A stretch of DNA of 64,000 nucleotides. Origin: a virus. Position 1 is the first letter of the stretch; every line of letters starts with the position of its first letter. The notes beneath the pieces were generated by a model, which saw only the letters and a list, made by a program, of their open reading frames with translations, was not told the origin of the DNA and made no database searches. The position numbers and the translations under genes were made by a program. This document shows positions 26,851-37,635 of the stretch, one piece after another. The DNA lies in the IMG/VR virus record IMGVR_UViG_3300046820_001584, positions 21,741 through 85,740 of that record; one strand, 5' to 3'.

Positions 26851-28200
26851 CTAGTTAAATATTTCGTTTACGGAACCGAGGAAAGAACCGTTCCATTTTG
26901 ATTTGTTTACTGCTGGTACCGCAGACCCGCCAAGGTCTGAGGACTTCTTAATTGCTGTATCGCCTTCTACGGCATCTACACGCTTTTGAACACCATCAAT
27001 GGTGCCCTTTATTTCTGTTACAGCTGCACTTAGTGCGCTGTGCTTTTCTGCTAACTCTGTAATTTGAGCATTTACGCTCTTGCTAAAAGTCTCTACAGTT
27101 TCTTTAATTTCTGAAACCTGTACTGCATTTGCCTCTGTAGCCTTGCTAAGAGTATCTGCAAAGAATCCCTTTAGGTCTACTAACATTTTTGCAAAATCAG
27201 GCTCTTCGTTTTCTACTGCAGTTTCTGCTTGAGGAGCTTCAACCGACTTAAAGACATCTACAGAAGCAGAGTCTGCATCTTCCACTGAGTTATCAGCGTT
27301 TGGTGCATCTTCGACAGCAAGAGCATCAGATGCTACTACGGTCTCTTCAACGATTTCTGTTTCTGCAGTTACTACTGCTGAATCTTCAGCTATTGCGTTT
27401 AGTTTTTCCACTTCATTACCTCCTTGTACGTTTACCTGTTTTGCTATTGTTTGTGTTTCAGGCAACGGAACTCTTGACTTCTTGAATGAAGCAAGAATCT
27501 TATCTATCTCTTTTGATTTGTTTATGTCTGAGCTTTCAACCCAGCCAATTAGCGTAGCTTCTTTTCCAGTGACTGGAGAAGAGTATGTCTTGTCTGTTGA
27601 GATAAAAACAGAATCGCTTTCTTCACAATAAAAAATATTTTCTGTAACTACATCTGCTGCCATGCCCTTAAATATAAGCTGGCCGTTCATCTTTTCAATT
27701 GAAATAATATTGCACATTTCGTTTGCTGGTGAATCAACAATTGAAAGTTCAATTAAATCATAATCCTTAATAAATCTTACAGTCTCTCCTGTTGCCTTAT
27801 TCATTTCGTTGTCTGACTCTTTAATCTTTCCGCCGATTGAAAAACCTGAAAGTGTTCCGTCTAAAACTTTTTCCCAAGTATCTTGTGCGCCTTTTGAAAT
27901 GTATGATGTTACATAAACGCCATTATAAAATTGCTTTGACTTTTGATCGTAGTATGTTTCTGGCTTAAAAGAAACTACTTTACCTACAGCTAAAGGCTGA
28001 TGCATCTCTCTAAGATTTCCTCTAAAGTTATCAAATGCTTTCATGCTTGCTTCTGCTGTTACAACATCACCTGTTTGATCTACATTATCAAGTGTAGCAA
28101 ACCCAGATACAGTTCTATTTTCCCTGTTCACCTTTGTAAACGGGACAGCTAAATGAATGTTTTGGCCGTCGGTGGACCACTGGGCTTTTTCAATGTTCAT
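26851..28200 (-). CDS. prohead protease with acidic scaffold-like C-terminus
   Basis: VSGFATLDNVDQTGD, REMH, GFSIGG, ELSIVDSPAN. Confidence 0.88.
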   Translation of the reverse strand: MNIEKAQWSTDGQNIHLAVPFTKVNRENRTVSGFATLDNVDQTGDVVTAEASMKAFDNFRGNLREMHQPLAVGKVVSFKPETYYDQKSKQFYNGVYVTSYISKGAQDTWEKVLDGTLSGFSIGGKIKESDNEMNKATGETVRFIKDYDLIELSIVDSPANEMCNIISIEKMNGQLIFKGMAADVVTENIFYCEESDSVFISTDKTYSSPVTGKEATLIGWVESSDINKSKEIDKILASFKKSRVPLPETQTIAKQVNVQGGNEVEKLNAIAEDSAVVTAETEIVEETVVASDALAVEDAPNADNSVEDADSASVDVFKSVEAPQAETAVENEEPDFAKMLVDLKGFFADTLSKATEANAVQVSEIKETVETFSKSVNAQITELAEKHSALSAAVTEIKGTIDGVQKRVDAVEGDTAIKKSSDLGGSAVPAVNKSKWNGSFLGSVNEIFN

Positions 28201-28253
28201 ATGCTTAATTTTATACTTGTCTATCTAAAAATGCAAATAGCAGTTGATTAGGT

Positions 28254-29837
28254 TTAGTCAACCTTTTTGCCATCTCCTTTTGCATTTCTGCCTTCCCCGA
28301 CTTTATCGGAAGAAGCGGCAGATCTGGCAGAATCTCTAGCCCTAGTTTTTCCAGCAGTTGCTTTTTGATCGGCAGCTTGCTGTGGCTTTAATTCAACCAT
28401 TTCATCTCCGCCATCTACAGGAATCATTCCCTTTCTGATTCTAACTTCATTTGGGGTAATTACCTGCATTCTTAAATATCTTTCGTCTATTTGTGACTGG
28501 GTATCTTCATCAGTCAAAGTTAGCTCTTCGAATTTAATTTTTAATGCATCTGTCTTTTCTTCAATTATTGAATTAATTCTTTTTTCAAGTCTCATCTGAG
28601 CTGGACGACAAACCTGCTCTTTGAATGTTTTGTCTGCGTCTCTAGCATTTGCAAGAGATACGCCTTCTGGAACACCAATTTTATTAATTGGAACTCTATG
28701 TGCTAATAAGATTTCATCTCTATTAGACTGTCTATAAATATTAAATGATGACTCTTGAGCACCAGCTTCAACTGGCTCCATTTTAAACTCAACTTTATTA
28801 TCTTGAGTGTCGGCTGGTAGAGGGATATATAGTGATCTGTGGTTCTTTCCTTTTAATCCAACCTGGAAAAACTCAAGCAATTTTCTTTCTGACTCTGGAG
28901 AAAGCTTTGCTCCCTTAACTGTAATAATATATCTTGGGACCGCCTTATTCTCAAAGTAGTCTAGGTTATATCTACCAGCAAATTCATTTCCAGCAAGTGA
29001 CATCTGGGCTGCTACAATATCTGGAATGCCATAGTAATTATTCATCGGAGTATACTTCTTTAAATGAATAATTTCATTTGGACGATCTTCCATATCTCCA
29101 ATTGGGTTTACTGTTTCTGTATCTCCAAAGTTTCTAAAGAATACCGCCTTGCCGTAAAGCAATTGCATAAATCCATCTCTAAGTCTTCTTACACGCATTG
29201 TCTTAGCTGGTATGTGACCAATATATCCAATGTCTCCGCCTGTAGTTCTACCAATTTCAAGGTAACCGTTACCAGTTGCCTCCAGATCCGTATAAACCTT
29301 TATCAAGGTTTCAGTAAATGTATCCTCATCGTTTGTTGCGTCTAGCCAATCTTGAAGATCTTGCTTTAACTTATTTAATTTTCTACGAGCTCTGTCTAGC
29401 TGCTTGTCATCTGTTATTGCATCAATAGCATCATTTGTTTTTCTGGTTTCCATAAAAGAATACCCAAGGCCAACAATGTTTGCAACCTTAGCATTAATAG
29501 CTGCGTAGTTGTATGTTGAAACTTCATATATTTGAGATAGGTATTCTAGATTATATACTGGTTGTACAAGATCAAACATTGCATATCCAGTGACTGCTGA
29601 TTGCAATAGGTTCTGCTGTGTTCCTGCTCCGTCTTTACCAGTAAATGATTTTGCAAAATCTCTATTTACTTTTCTTTTAAAATTTGTTCCTAGACCTCTT
29701 ACTTTTTTAAGGTCATCAATACCGATGGCAAATGGGTCTACGTGTTCTTTTTCTTTCTTAAATGAGAATAGGTCTGAGCTATTTTTAACAGATACTTCGT
29801 ATGTATCTTCTGGTCCGTCTTCTAAAAATTGTGTCAT
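28254..29837 (-). CDS. portal protein
   Basis: TGNGYLEI, YYGIPD, YFENKAVP, HRVP..IG, TPNEVR motifs of HK97/PBSX-type portals. Confidence 0.9.
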   Translation of the reverse strand: MTQFLEDGPEDTYEVSVKNSSDLFSFKKEKEHVDPFAIGIDDLKKVRGLGTNFKRKVNRDFAKSFTGKDGAGTQQNLLQSAVTGYAMFDLVQPVYNLEYLSQIYEVSTYNYAAINAKVANIVGLGYSFMETRKTNDAIDAITDDKQLDRARRKLNKLKQDLQDWLDATNDEDTFTETLIKVYTDLEATGNGYLEIGRTTGGDIGYIGHIPAKTMRVRRLRDGFMQLLYGKAVFFRNFGDTETVNPIGDMEDRPNEIIHLKKYTPMNNYYGIPDIVAAQMSLAGNEFAGRYNLDYFENKAVPRYIITVKGAKLSPESERKLLEFFQVGLKGKNHRSLYIPLPADTQDNKVEFKMEPVEAGAQESSFNIYRQSNRDEILLAHRVPINKIGVPEGVSLANARDADKTFKEQVCRPAQMRLEKRINSIIEEKTDALKIKFEELTLTDEDTQSQIDERYLRMQVITPNEVRIRKGMIPVDGGDEMVELKPQQAADQKATAGKTRARDSARSAASSDKVGEGRNAKGDGKKVD

Positions 29838-30172
29838 TGAACTGCTCCCCCTCTTAACATTGAGTCTTTATACACACCAATATCTAAAGGATCTGGTGTT
29901 AGTCCCCATTTAAGTCTTTCGTTCTGATGTTCAAATTCTTCATCATCAATTTTTCTTCTACCAGAAAGAAATTTAGGCTGGCCTTCGCTAATTCCATAAT
30001 GTCTAACTGCATCTGCAAGTGCGGCAATTTTAGATCTATTGCCCTTTGTGGATGTTATAGAAAGAAAATTTCCATCGTCATCGCCGATCCATCGGCCATC
30101 TGGCATTTCCCATACGTATATGCCTAGGCGTGTTTCTTCAATGATTTGACTTTTTTGATTTAAGATGTCCAT
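29834..30172 (-). CDS. hypothetical protein
   Basis: 112-aa ORF overlapping the portal start. Confidence 0.65.
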   Translation of the reverse strand: MDILNQKSQIIEETRLGIYVWEMPDGRWIGDDDGNFLSITSTKGNRSKIAALADAVRHYGISEGQPKFLSGRRKIDDEEFEHQNERLKWGLTPDPLDIGVYKDSMLRGGAVQ

Positions 30173-30253
30173 ATGTTAAACAGTTTACCATTATTTCTAA
30201 CAAAAGTCCATCTTCTGTCCTAGCCCATGACAATATTTTAAATATATTGTAGC

Positions 30254-32059
30254 CTAGTTGTCAAAAGATCTAACAAAATACGCCGTATTGTCCTGACCAG
30301 TAGCACTTTCTTGAAAAGTTACGCCTGGGTCTTGGACAGATATTGAGTTGTCTGAACAATATAACTTGTAGTTTTTTAATGCTTCTGAGGCTGTAAATGC
30401 TTGTTGGTAGAAAGCAATGTTGCTGTAAACATTTGATCCGCCATAATTGAGTTCATCTTGACTTTGATTAATTTTAATCCCTGTTGCTGCGGCATTTAAA
30501 ACCACAATAACATGGTGAGCTACACCGCCTAATAAAAATTGGGATACGTTTGTTGAAGAAGTCCTATTAACTCCATTTACGTATATTGCACTAATTCCAG
30601 TTTTAGATATAGATCCATTAGCCGCCCAGCTTAATTGGGCAGAAGTAGAAGAAAACAAAACATTTTTACCAGGCTCTGGAGTAAAAAACATCTCTACTGT
30701 TCTTGGCTGTATTGCTAGATCAACAGAGAATCCGTGTCCTGAGTACATAGAAAGCCCATTATATTTATTTTGCATTCTTACTGGATAATTATAATATCCC
30801 AAAGAGAAGTCGTAGTCTGAGTATATTTTGCCGCCAGCATTATCAGAATAAAAATCTTTATTAGAATATAGGTCTATCTCTAGTCTATCAAAATAAGGCA
30901 AGTCAAAAGAGGAGTCTTCAGTAGACATTGTAATTCTTATGTCTAGTATGGGGCCAGATAAATTTTCATTTTTATTAAAGTACGGTAAGGGAGAATTGTT
31001 TTTACAAGGCTTCCATTGTTCTCCAGGAACTTTAACCTCTACCAAAATATTTTCTACATCTTGTCCGTAAGATATTCTAGATGAAACAATACTTTCTGGA
31101 TTTGGCACATAAAGCCTATCTTCAAATACAAAAGTTTTTTCTTCTGGTAACTGTGTCTGTGCAAATTCTATTCTTTGATACACTGGATTATAGTAAGCAT
31201 CACCTGAAACTATTTTGTCTAAAGAATTTGCTCCAGGATATCTAAAAGATACTGCTGGCTTTATAAATACAGAGTTTAGTGAAAAAAACGTACCTTCTTG
31301 TGAATAAACAATTTGTGAGTATTTAGTTTCTTTGTATCCAGCTGCATAATGATTTAGTATTTTTGAATCATCTAGCTCGTATTTATAGATTGCCGCTGAA
31401 TCTACTAAAAATCTTTTCCCTATGTTTGCTGGGCCTATTTTTAAACTAATGTCTTCGTTTATAAACTTAAAGCCATCTGAAATAAGTTTTTCAGAAGCTA
31501 AGACTCCATCTACATAAAGGGCTAATCTATTTTTAGAAAATACTCCAACTAAATGCATTACTTTGTTTCTAGATACTTTGTGCCATACTGTTTTCTGATC
31601 AGTGCATTTAAATATTACATTTTCATTTTTGTAAAATAGACCTATTTTGTTTAGAGAGTCTCCAAGTATCATATATTCATTTAAGTCAGAAGAGTCTGGC
31701 TTAAACCATATTTCAAATGAAAATGGGCTGTCTGGATTTTTAGATGTGGCAACTCCAAGTGCCTTTAGAGATAGATCTACATTGTCATTAATTTCAGTTC
31801 CTCTAACTCCCGCTCCAACTATTGGAAGCACTTCCATGTCAGAAGAATCTAGTGCATATCCTTCCATTGCATTTCCAGAATAATCTATTATTGGAAGCCC
31901 AGATATAGCTGCATATGAAACGCCATTATCTCTTAGATCTGCATAGGTTGCATATAATGTAGTTAAATTGCTGTAAACGCCAGCTTCTCCAGAACGAACT
32001 TCATCTAGCAAAAAAAATGCAAGTGGGTTATCTTTTAAGACAGTGTATTTATATGACAT
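30254..32059 (-). CDS. LamG/concanavalin-A-like virion protein
   Basis: DNPLAFFLLDE, FSFEIWF, HLVGVFS...LYVDG. Confidence 0.75.
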   Translation of the reverse strand: MSYKYTVLKDNPLAFFLLDEVRSGEAGVYSNLTTLYATYADLRDNGVSYAAISGLPIIDYSGNAMEGYALDSSDMEVLPIVGAGVRGTEINDNVDLSLKALGVATSKNPDSPFSFEIWFKPDSSDLNEYMILGDSLNKIGLFYKNENVIFKCTDQKTVWHKVSRNKVMHLVGVFSKNRLALYVDGVLASEKLISDGFKFINEDISLKIGPANIGKRFLVDSAAIYKYELDDSKILNHYAAGYKETKYSQIVYSQEGTFFSLNSVFIKPAVSFRYPGANSLDKIVSGDAYYNPVYQRIEFAQTQLPEEKTFVFEDRLYVPNPESIVSSRISYGQDVENILVEVKVPGEQWKPCKNNSPLPYFNKNENLSGPILDIRITMSTEDSSFDLPYFDRLEIDLYSNKDFYSDNAGGKIYSDYDFSLGYYNYPVRMQNKYNGLSMYSGHGFSVDLAIQPRTVEMFFTPEPGKNVLFSSTSAQLSWAANGSISKTGISAIYVNGVNRTSSTNVSQFLLGGVAHHVIVVLNAAATGIKINQSQDELNYGGSNVYSNIAFYQQAFTASEALKNYKLYCSDNSISVQDPGVTFQESATGQDNTAYFVRSFDN

Positions 32060-32062
32060 GTC

Positions 32063-33175
32063 TTACTTCTCTTCTAGTGCTTTAACTCTCGCTGTAAGCT
32101 CTTGTACTGCTTTAATTAATGGAGCAATAAATTGGTCATATCTAAGTCCCTGCATAGAGTCTTCTTCTGACATATCCATTTTTACCCAGCCTGCAAAATC
32201 TGCAACTCCAGACTCATCTAAAACTGTTTTTACTTCTTGTGCAATAAGTCCATAGTGGGTTCTTGATCCAGGAATTGAAACAATATCTCCGTCTACTATT
32301 TCTTTTCCGCCTTCAATAAACTTATAGCTTACTGGATTTAGATTATTAATAAAATTAAGGCCTAGTTGAGATGATGTAATGTCAGTCTTTAGTCTTTGAT
32401 CTGATGTATTAATAGTTCCAGTGTTTGAGTATATTGTTTTCCAAAATCTATTTGAGCTAACTCCATTAGGAACGTCTGTTGGCTGACCAAGATTATAAAG
32501 GTTGTTTGCAATTGGATACCAGTTAGAGTTTACGCCAAATCCTGCTGAGGTTGGTATATTTAAACTTATTGTTGTTGGCACTGGATCTATAGTTGCGCTT
32601 GATCCAGGAATTCCTTGTGGTCCCGTGGCACCCGTGGCACCCGTGGCACCTCTTGGAATTGTAAATGCAAAAACGGCATTTGCAGACGTGCCAGTGTTGG
32701 TTACAGAAGCGCTTGTTCCAGCTGCACCTGTTGTAGTAGTTCCAATAGCTAGAGTGGTTGGACCCTGCGGGCCAGCGGGCCCTTGCGGACCCTGTGGACC
32801 TTGTGGTAAAACTAGATTTAATGTTTGCGATGGGCTGGTGCCAGTTATTGTTGCATTAGCTGAAGCTCCGCCAACAACGGTACCTATATTTAAAACATTA
32901 GAAGGGCCAGGCCCACCAATAATTCCATCAATACCTCTAGGCAATGTTAAGTTTAATATAGCATTAGAAGATGTTCCAACATTTGTAACTGCTGCTGGAG
33001 TACTTGCGCTAACGGTGGTTACTGTACCTATTGCTAAGGTGCCTGAAGGGCCCTGTGGGCCTGGATTAGCAGCAATGAAGGTTGCAATGTCAGCACCAAG
33101 GTTTCCAAGGTCTCTAGGGACGTCTGGGGTGTCTGTATAGTCTGGAAATCTCCAGCCGTTTACTCCTGTGCTCAT
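32063..33175 (-). CDS. collagen-like fiber protein with C-terminal S74-like chaperone
   Basis: GPQGPQGPAGPQGP and GATGATGATGPQG; TSDQRLK...GLIAQEV...LRYDQFIAPLIKAVQEL. Confidence 0.8.
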   Translation of the reverse strand: MSTGVNGWRFPDYTDTPDVPRDLGNLGADIATFIAANPGPQGPSGTLAIGTVTTVSASTPAAVTNVGTSSNAILNLTLPRGIDGIIGGPGPSNVLNIGTVVGGASANATITGTSPSQTLNLVLPQGPQGPQGPAGPQGPTTLAIGTTTTGAAGTSASVTNTGTSANAVFAFTIPRGATGATGATGPQGIPGSSATIDPVPTTISLNIPTSAGFGVNSNWYPIANNLYNLGQPTDVPNGVSSNRFWKTIYSNTGTINTSDQRLKTDITSSQLGLNFINNLNPVSYKFIEGGKEIVDGDIVSIPGSRTHYGLIAQEVKTVLDESGVADFAGWVKMDMSEEDSMQGLRYDQFIAPLIKAVQELTARVKALEEK

Positions 33176-33195
33176 TTTTTTATTATACCACCGAT

Positions 33196-33846
33196 CTACT
33201 TAATATATACGTGTGCTGGGCTCATATATCTGGTGCCAGAAATAATTGGCTTTACTTCATGAATATATGGCTCCTGCGAAGGAAACATTATCATGCTTCC
33301 AGCCTTTGGCTTAACGGTAACATTGTGATTTGGAAAGCTAATTTCTCCGCCTTCGTAGTCGTCGTTTATATATGCTACCAAAGAAAATGCTAGATCTGCA
33401 TTACCATCTTGTCCGTCAAAATGTGGACCCATAGACTGTCCTTCATTCCAAGCCTTAATAGTGGTGTTATCTAAATTTAAATTATATTTACTTTTATCTA
33501 GCTTGTGTCCTTCTAGGTATCTATCGGTACACATTTCAAATGCCATTAGAAAGCTATTTGCTATATACAAAGTTTTTTTATCTACCACATCTGATCCAGT
33601 AGATTCTTTTAACTTAGACTTATTAATATTTTTCGTTTTCCCGTAAATTAATTCTTTGTCGTCGCTTGCTGTCCAATTTTCCCATTTAGATATTCTAGAA
33701 TAAGACTGTGGCTCTTCATCAATTTTGTCAATAAATACTTTTAGCTCTTCTGGAAAACTTAATGCATTTTCCCAGTACCAAATTTGTGGTCCAAGAACCT
33801 TAAGGTCAAACATTATAAATTGTTTAAACTCAATATTGTTTTGCAT
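33196..33846 (-). CDS. 2OG-Fe(II) oxygenase (P4H-like)
   Basis: HFD, YINDDYEGGEI, HEV..IISGTRY. Confidence 0.88.
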   Translation of the reverse strand: MQNNIEFKQFIMFDLKVLGPQIWYWENALSFPEELKVFIDKIDEEPQSYSRISKWENWTASDDKELIYGKTKNINKSKLKESTGSDVVDKKTLYIANSFLMAFEMCTDRYLEGHKLDKSKYNLNLDNTTIKAWNEGQSMGPHFDGQDGNADLAFSLVAYINDDYEGGEISFPNHNVTVKPKAGSMIMFPSQEPYIHEVKPIISGTRYMSPAHVYIK

Positions 33847-34595
33847 TATTCTACTTCCTTGGCTGGATATTTTTCTCCAGTTGCAGTAATACGTAGTCCT
33901 TGATTACGAATTTCTTCCCATTCGACAGCTTCTGTTTTTTGATATGCTCTTACTTCAGCAAGCTCAGCTGCCCAAGCGTCTCTTACTTCTTGTGGATAGT
34001 CTGATTCTTCTCTGTCATCCCAAAAAGATCCAAGGGTATATCTAATTGCTTTCTTTACGGTTGTAACTTCATGAGTATTTTCAAATCCACCCGCAAATGT
34101 AGCCATGCTTCCAGTCTTTGGAATAATTGTTAATCCGTGCTTAAAATTTAAAACTCCGTCTTCAAAGTCATCATTTAAGTAAATAAATGTTGCGTATCTG
34201 CTTCTTGTAAATGCACCAGAGTTTCCGTCATTGTCTGTGTTATCTGAATGCATATTTGCAAATGCGCCAGGTGCCCATCTCTGAGAGTGCCAACTAATTT
34301 GTGACATTTGCTCAGGATTTTTACCAGCCATATCGGCTGTTGCGTCAATTACTCTTTGTCTTAGTACTTGAAAAAAATCTCCTGGCAATCCGCAAGCAAT
34401 TGTATCTGGATCATTGACTTCTGGCATACCAGATGAATATGATTCATAGAAAGAAATAGGCATCCACTTCAATTCTTCTTTTTGCATTTTTATGTCTAGG
34501 ACTTTAATAATTGCAGCGCACTCTTCTGGAGTCAAGAAATTGTCATATACAACTATATCTGATTTATGTCTTGTTACAACCATGTCTCTTTCCAT
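33846..34595 (-). CDS. 2OG-Fe(II) oxygenase (P4H-like)
   Basis: HSD, YLNDDFEDG, HEV.....IRY. Confidence 0.88.
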   Translation of the reverse strand: MERDMVVTRHKSDIVVYDNFLTPEECAAIIKVLDIKMQKEELKWMPISFYESYSSGMPEVNDPDTIACGLPGDFFQVLRQRVIDATADMAGKNPEQMSQISWHSQRWAPGAFANMHSDNTDNDGNSGAFTRSRYATFIYLNDDFEDGVLNFKHGLTIIPKTGSMATFAGGFENTHEVTTVKKAIRYTLGSFWDDREESDYPQEVRDAWAAELAEVRAYQKTEAVEWEEIRNQGLRITATGEKYPAKEVE

Positions 34596-35410
34596 TATTC
34601 ATTTTCTCCCTTTATATTAGCAAGATCATCGTAAAGTGTTGGTACACCATTTTCCAAATATCTCATGTTTCTTGGATCTTCGTATTTAATTCTTTCCGCT
34701 TCCATTTGAGCCCATTTATATGCACCATAAGTTTTTTGATTATTTAGCCATTCTTTTGTTCCATCGAACGGTGTCATAACAAAGTTTCTTACAAAAAACT
34801 TTTCGTTATTTTCAATAGTTTTAACTCCGTGGTAGTATGGCTCTGTAGATGGAAATACTAAAATATCTCCAGAAACTGGCTTATGATTAATAAGCTTGCC
34901 GTCTACAAAAAATTCAATATCTCCTCCATCATAATCGTCATTTATATACATAGTACATGTTATTGAAAACTTGTCTCCAGGCATATCTTTTTGAGACGTT
35001 ATGTGGTCTGTATGATACTGCATTGTCATTTTATTATCTAGAGTGTTAATTTGTGGATTATACTTTGAATAAGAGCATCCGCTAAATCTCCAGCCTTCTG
35101 GCAAATCAATATTGTGTCTTTCTACGTAGTCCATTAAAACTGCATGATAGGCAGCCTCAACTTCTTCTACAAAATTCTTTTCTTTAATAAACATTTCATC
35201 TGACTGCTGATCATCAGATATCTCCATTGGATTCTTTTTTTGTGTATAAGTGCCAAAGTGTGCCCATGGATCCCATGTCTTTAAAAAATGCTTGCCCTCT
35301 GAAGTTTTTTCAGACTCTTTCATTACTTCGTACATTTTTTGTGGATCAGTAAGAACATCTCTGTAAACTTCTACATTTGGATAAATCTCTATATAGTTTA
35401 ATTTGCTCAT
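34595..35410 (-). CDS. 2OG-Fe(II) oxygenase (P4H-like)
   Basis: HTD, YINDDYDGGDI, HGV......K. Confidence 0.85.
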   Translation of the reverse strand: MSKLNYIEIYPNVEVYRDVLTDPQKMYEVMKESEKTSEGKHFLKTWDPWAHFGTYTQKKNPMEISDDQQSDEMFIKEKNFVEEVEAAYHAVLMDYVERHNIDLPEGWRFSGCSYSKYNPQINTLDNKMTMQYHTDHITSQKDMPGDKFSITCTMYINDDYDGGDIEFFVDGKLINHKPVSGDILVFPSTEPYYHGVKTIENNEKFFVRNFVMTPFDGTKEWLNNQKTYGAYKWAQMEAERIKYEDPRNMRYLENGVPTLYDDLANIKGENE

Positions 35411-36081
35411 GGTTGTCTTTCTCCTGTATGCTTAGATATCGTCCAAAAGAATGGAGATGTAAATCGATTGCCAGATTTTACTGGTCTTACCCCGTGAGTA
35501 TAATACATGTCTCCTGGGAAAAAATATGCTGCTCCTGCAACTGGCTGAAATTCAATTCCATGTTGTGGGAAATAAAGCTCTCCACCTTCATAGTCATCGT
35601 TAAAATAAAAAAGTCCTGCTAAATCGTACCAAGGGAAATCATTTGGTCTGCCTTTTTCTGGGCCAGAATGAAATTCTTTATCTGCATGAGGTTCTTGTCT
35701 TGCGCCAATTGGCCATTTAACAATTGCTGGACCAGTTTCTTTTGCATCAACGTCAAAAAATTTATCTACTTCGATCTTTAGTCTGTCAATCATGCTGTAA
35801 ATAAGTTCTAATATTGTTGGGTCTGAAGCCCGTAAAGAATTTATAGTGCATACTCTGTCTTCCCAAACTTTATGGTCATACAGCACAAGCCCGTCTTCGT
35901 CAACGTGTGTTTCTGTCACATCCCAAATTTTATTAGAAAGGGCAAAATCCATTAATCTTTTTCTTTCTTCTAATGAAAGAAAGTCTTTAATTTCTACAAT
36001 GTTATCTATGGAATTGCCAAAAAATCCAGAGGGTGTAATAGATACTGGTCTGTTGTCATGCCATTCGTTTTGAGGTTTCAT
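35407..36081 (-). CDS. 2OG-Fe(II) oxygenase (P4H-like)
   Basis: HAD, YFNDDYEGGEL, HGV.PVKSGNR. Confidence 0.88.
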   Translation of the reverse strand: MKPQNEWHDNRPVSITPSGFFGNSIDNIVEIKDFLSLEERKRLMDFALSNKIWDVTETHVDEDGLVLYDHKVWEDRVCTINSLRASDPTILELIYSMIDRLKIEVDKFFDVDAKETGPAIVKWPIGARQEPHADKEFHSGPEKGRPNDFPWYDLAGLFYFNDDYEGGELYFPQHGIEFQPVAGAAYFFPGDMYYTHGVRPVKSGNRFTSPFFWTISKHTGERQP

Positions 36082-36132
36082 TTTATCTTCTTCCCTTGGT
36101 AATTAATTTTACCATATTGTCGTTTATAATCT

Positions 36133-36843
36133 TTATTCTTCTTTATTCTTTTGGTTTACGCTTAGTCTTAATGCTTTTACCTGATGCTTGCCGATGGCAT
36201 TTTTTAAATGATCTACCGCATCTCTGTAGAAATTAGACCATACTCCAGACCTATTTAAATCGTAAATTATCTCAGAATATTTGTCTGAATCAAACTGGCT
36301 AGCTGGCATAGTAGACATTGGCTCAAAATTTATTTCTGACCCTTGAAGTGAGGCTAAGTCAATTGGCAAGATGGCTATAATTGGAGTTCCAGCCTTTATT
36401 GTTAAAATTTCATTTGGCTTAGTAATCATCCAGGCTACTGGAAGCTCACCTCTAAAAAAAGAAGTACTAATTAAAGTTGTAAATGGCACAGCGCCATCAA
36501 AAAAGAAATTTGGAACTGGCATAGAAAGAAGACTTAAGTTTTCTTCTGTTTTAAACATAAGCCCAGTATTAAAGCTTATAGTGCCATTTGCTCTTCCTGA
36601 ATATGCATACTTTTCGCCAGATAAAATTTTAACATGATCTGGACTTGCATCGCTTACTCCATCCCAAATAAAGCTTATGTCTTCTGGGAATGATATAGCC
36701 CATCCAAGCTGGTTTGTTAATCCCACTGGAAAACATTTATATGCATGTGCTTCCCAGGTGTCGTCCATCCATTTTCTTTTTATGGAAAGAGGTTCGACTA
36801 TTCCGTATCCGTCTCTTATTTCCCAAGCCTTTATATTATGCAT
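36133..36843 (-). CDS. DUF6065-like protein
   Basis: R.WMD...HAYKCFP...NQLGW...WDG pattern recalled for DUF6065; embedded in the oxygenase cluster. Confidence 0.65.
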   Translation of the reverse strand: MHNIKAWEIRDGYGIVEPLSIKRKWMDDTWEAHAYKCFPVGLTNQLGWAISFPEDISFIWDGVSDASPDHVKILSGEKYAYSGRANGTISFNTGLMFKTEENLSLLSMPVPNFFFDGAVPFTTLISTSFFRGELPVAWMITKPNEILTIKAGTPIIAILPIDLASLQGSEINFEPMSTMPASQFDSDKYSEIIYDLNRSGVWSNFYRDAVDHLKNAIGKHQVKALRLSVNQKNKEE

Positions 36844-37549
36844 ATGGGTTTTTGCCAGTTTTGGCGTCTTCCTCTACCCACTTAGATCTCATTTCCATAA
36901 ACTCTTGTCTGTGTTGATGATCGTTATAATCTAGCATTGTAACAATTGAAAATTTCATTCCAGATTTTACTGGCATTGCTCTATGAGAGAATAAATATGT
37001 TGATGGGAATATGTATAGGTCTCCAGCTTGTGGCTTAATGTCAAGACCTATCTTTGGAAAATATAAATTCCCGCCTTCATAATCATCGTTAACGTAAGCT
37101 ACAAGGGAGACGGTGGCGCTGTAAGAAAATCCATGATCTGCGTGTTCTTGAAAGTGTTGACCTTCCCCATAACGAATACAGTTCATAACTTCCCAGTAAT
37201 TCATTTTTACGTTGTGTTTCGAACAATAATCTTCTACTGCTGGATTTTGAGACTTTTTTAGGTCTTGCCATAAACTAGAAACTAATTTTTCTGTTTCTGT
37301 TCTTGGGTTTGGAATGTCTCCAACTTTAATGTCTTCACAATCTCTATAGTCTGGTCTTTTTTCGCTGTATCCAACAAAACCAAATGTCCATAAAAATCTA
37401 GAGTCGTTGTCTTTAATTGCCGACTCACCAATTTCATTAAGTCTTTCAATAACATTTAACTCTTTTTTAATTGCATTTCTATAAACCCAAACTCCTGGGA
37501 AAAGCTCTTCTTTTGAAGAAAATTTATATTTATCATTAATGTTATTCAT
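36836..37549 (-). CDS. 2OG-Fe(II) oxygenase (P4H-like)
   Basis: HAD, YVNDDYEGGNL, HRAMPVKSGMK. Confidence 0.88.
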   Translation of the reverse strand: MNNINDKYKFSSKEELFPGVWVYRNAIKKELNVIERLNEIGESAIKDNDSRFLWTFGFVGYSEKRPDYRDCEDIKVGDIPNPRTETEKLVSSLWQDLKKSQNPAVEDYCSKHNVKMNYWEVMNCIRYGEGQHFQEHADHGFSYSATVSLVAYVNDDYEGGNLYFPKIGLDIKPQAGDLYIFPSTYLFSHRAMPVKSGMKFSIVTMLDYNDHQHRQEFMEMRSKWVEEDAKTGKNPYA

Positions 37550-37556
37550 AATATTT

Positions 37557-37586
37557 ATTATAGCATTTAAAAATTCATATTGTCAA
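37557..37586 (-). promoter_or_regulatory. leaderless promoter of the oxygenase cluster
   Basis: TTGACA-N18-TATAAT with extended TG; ATG 7 nt after the -10. Confidence 0.65.
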
Positions 37587-37614
37587 TAAGAAAGGGAGCA
37601 GATTGACTGCTCCC
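37586..37614 (-). terminator. intrinsic terminator after the Hint-domain gene
   Basis: GGGAGCAG-tcaat-CTGCTCCC followed by TTTCTTATT on the minus strand. Confidence 0.65.
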
Positions 37615-37635
37615 TCTCTTATTTTACGCTTATTT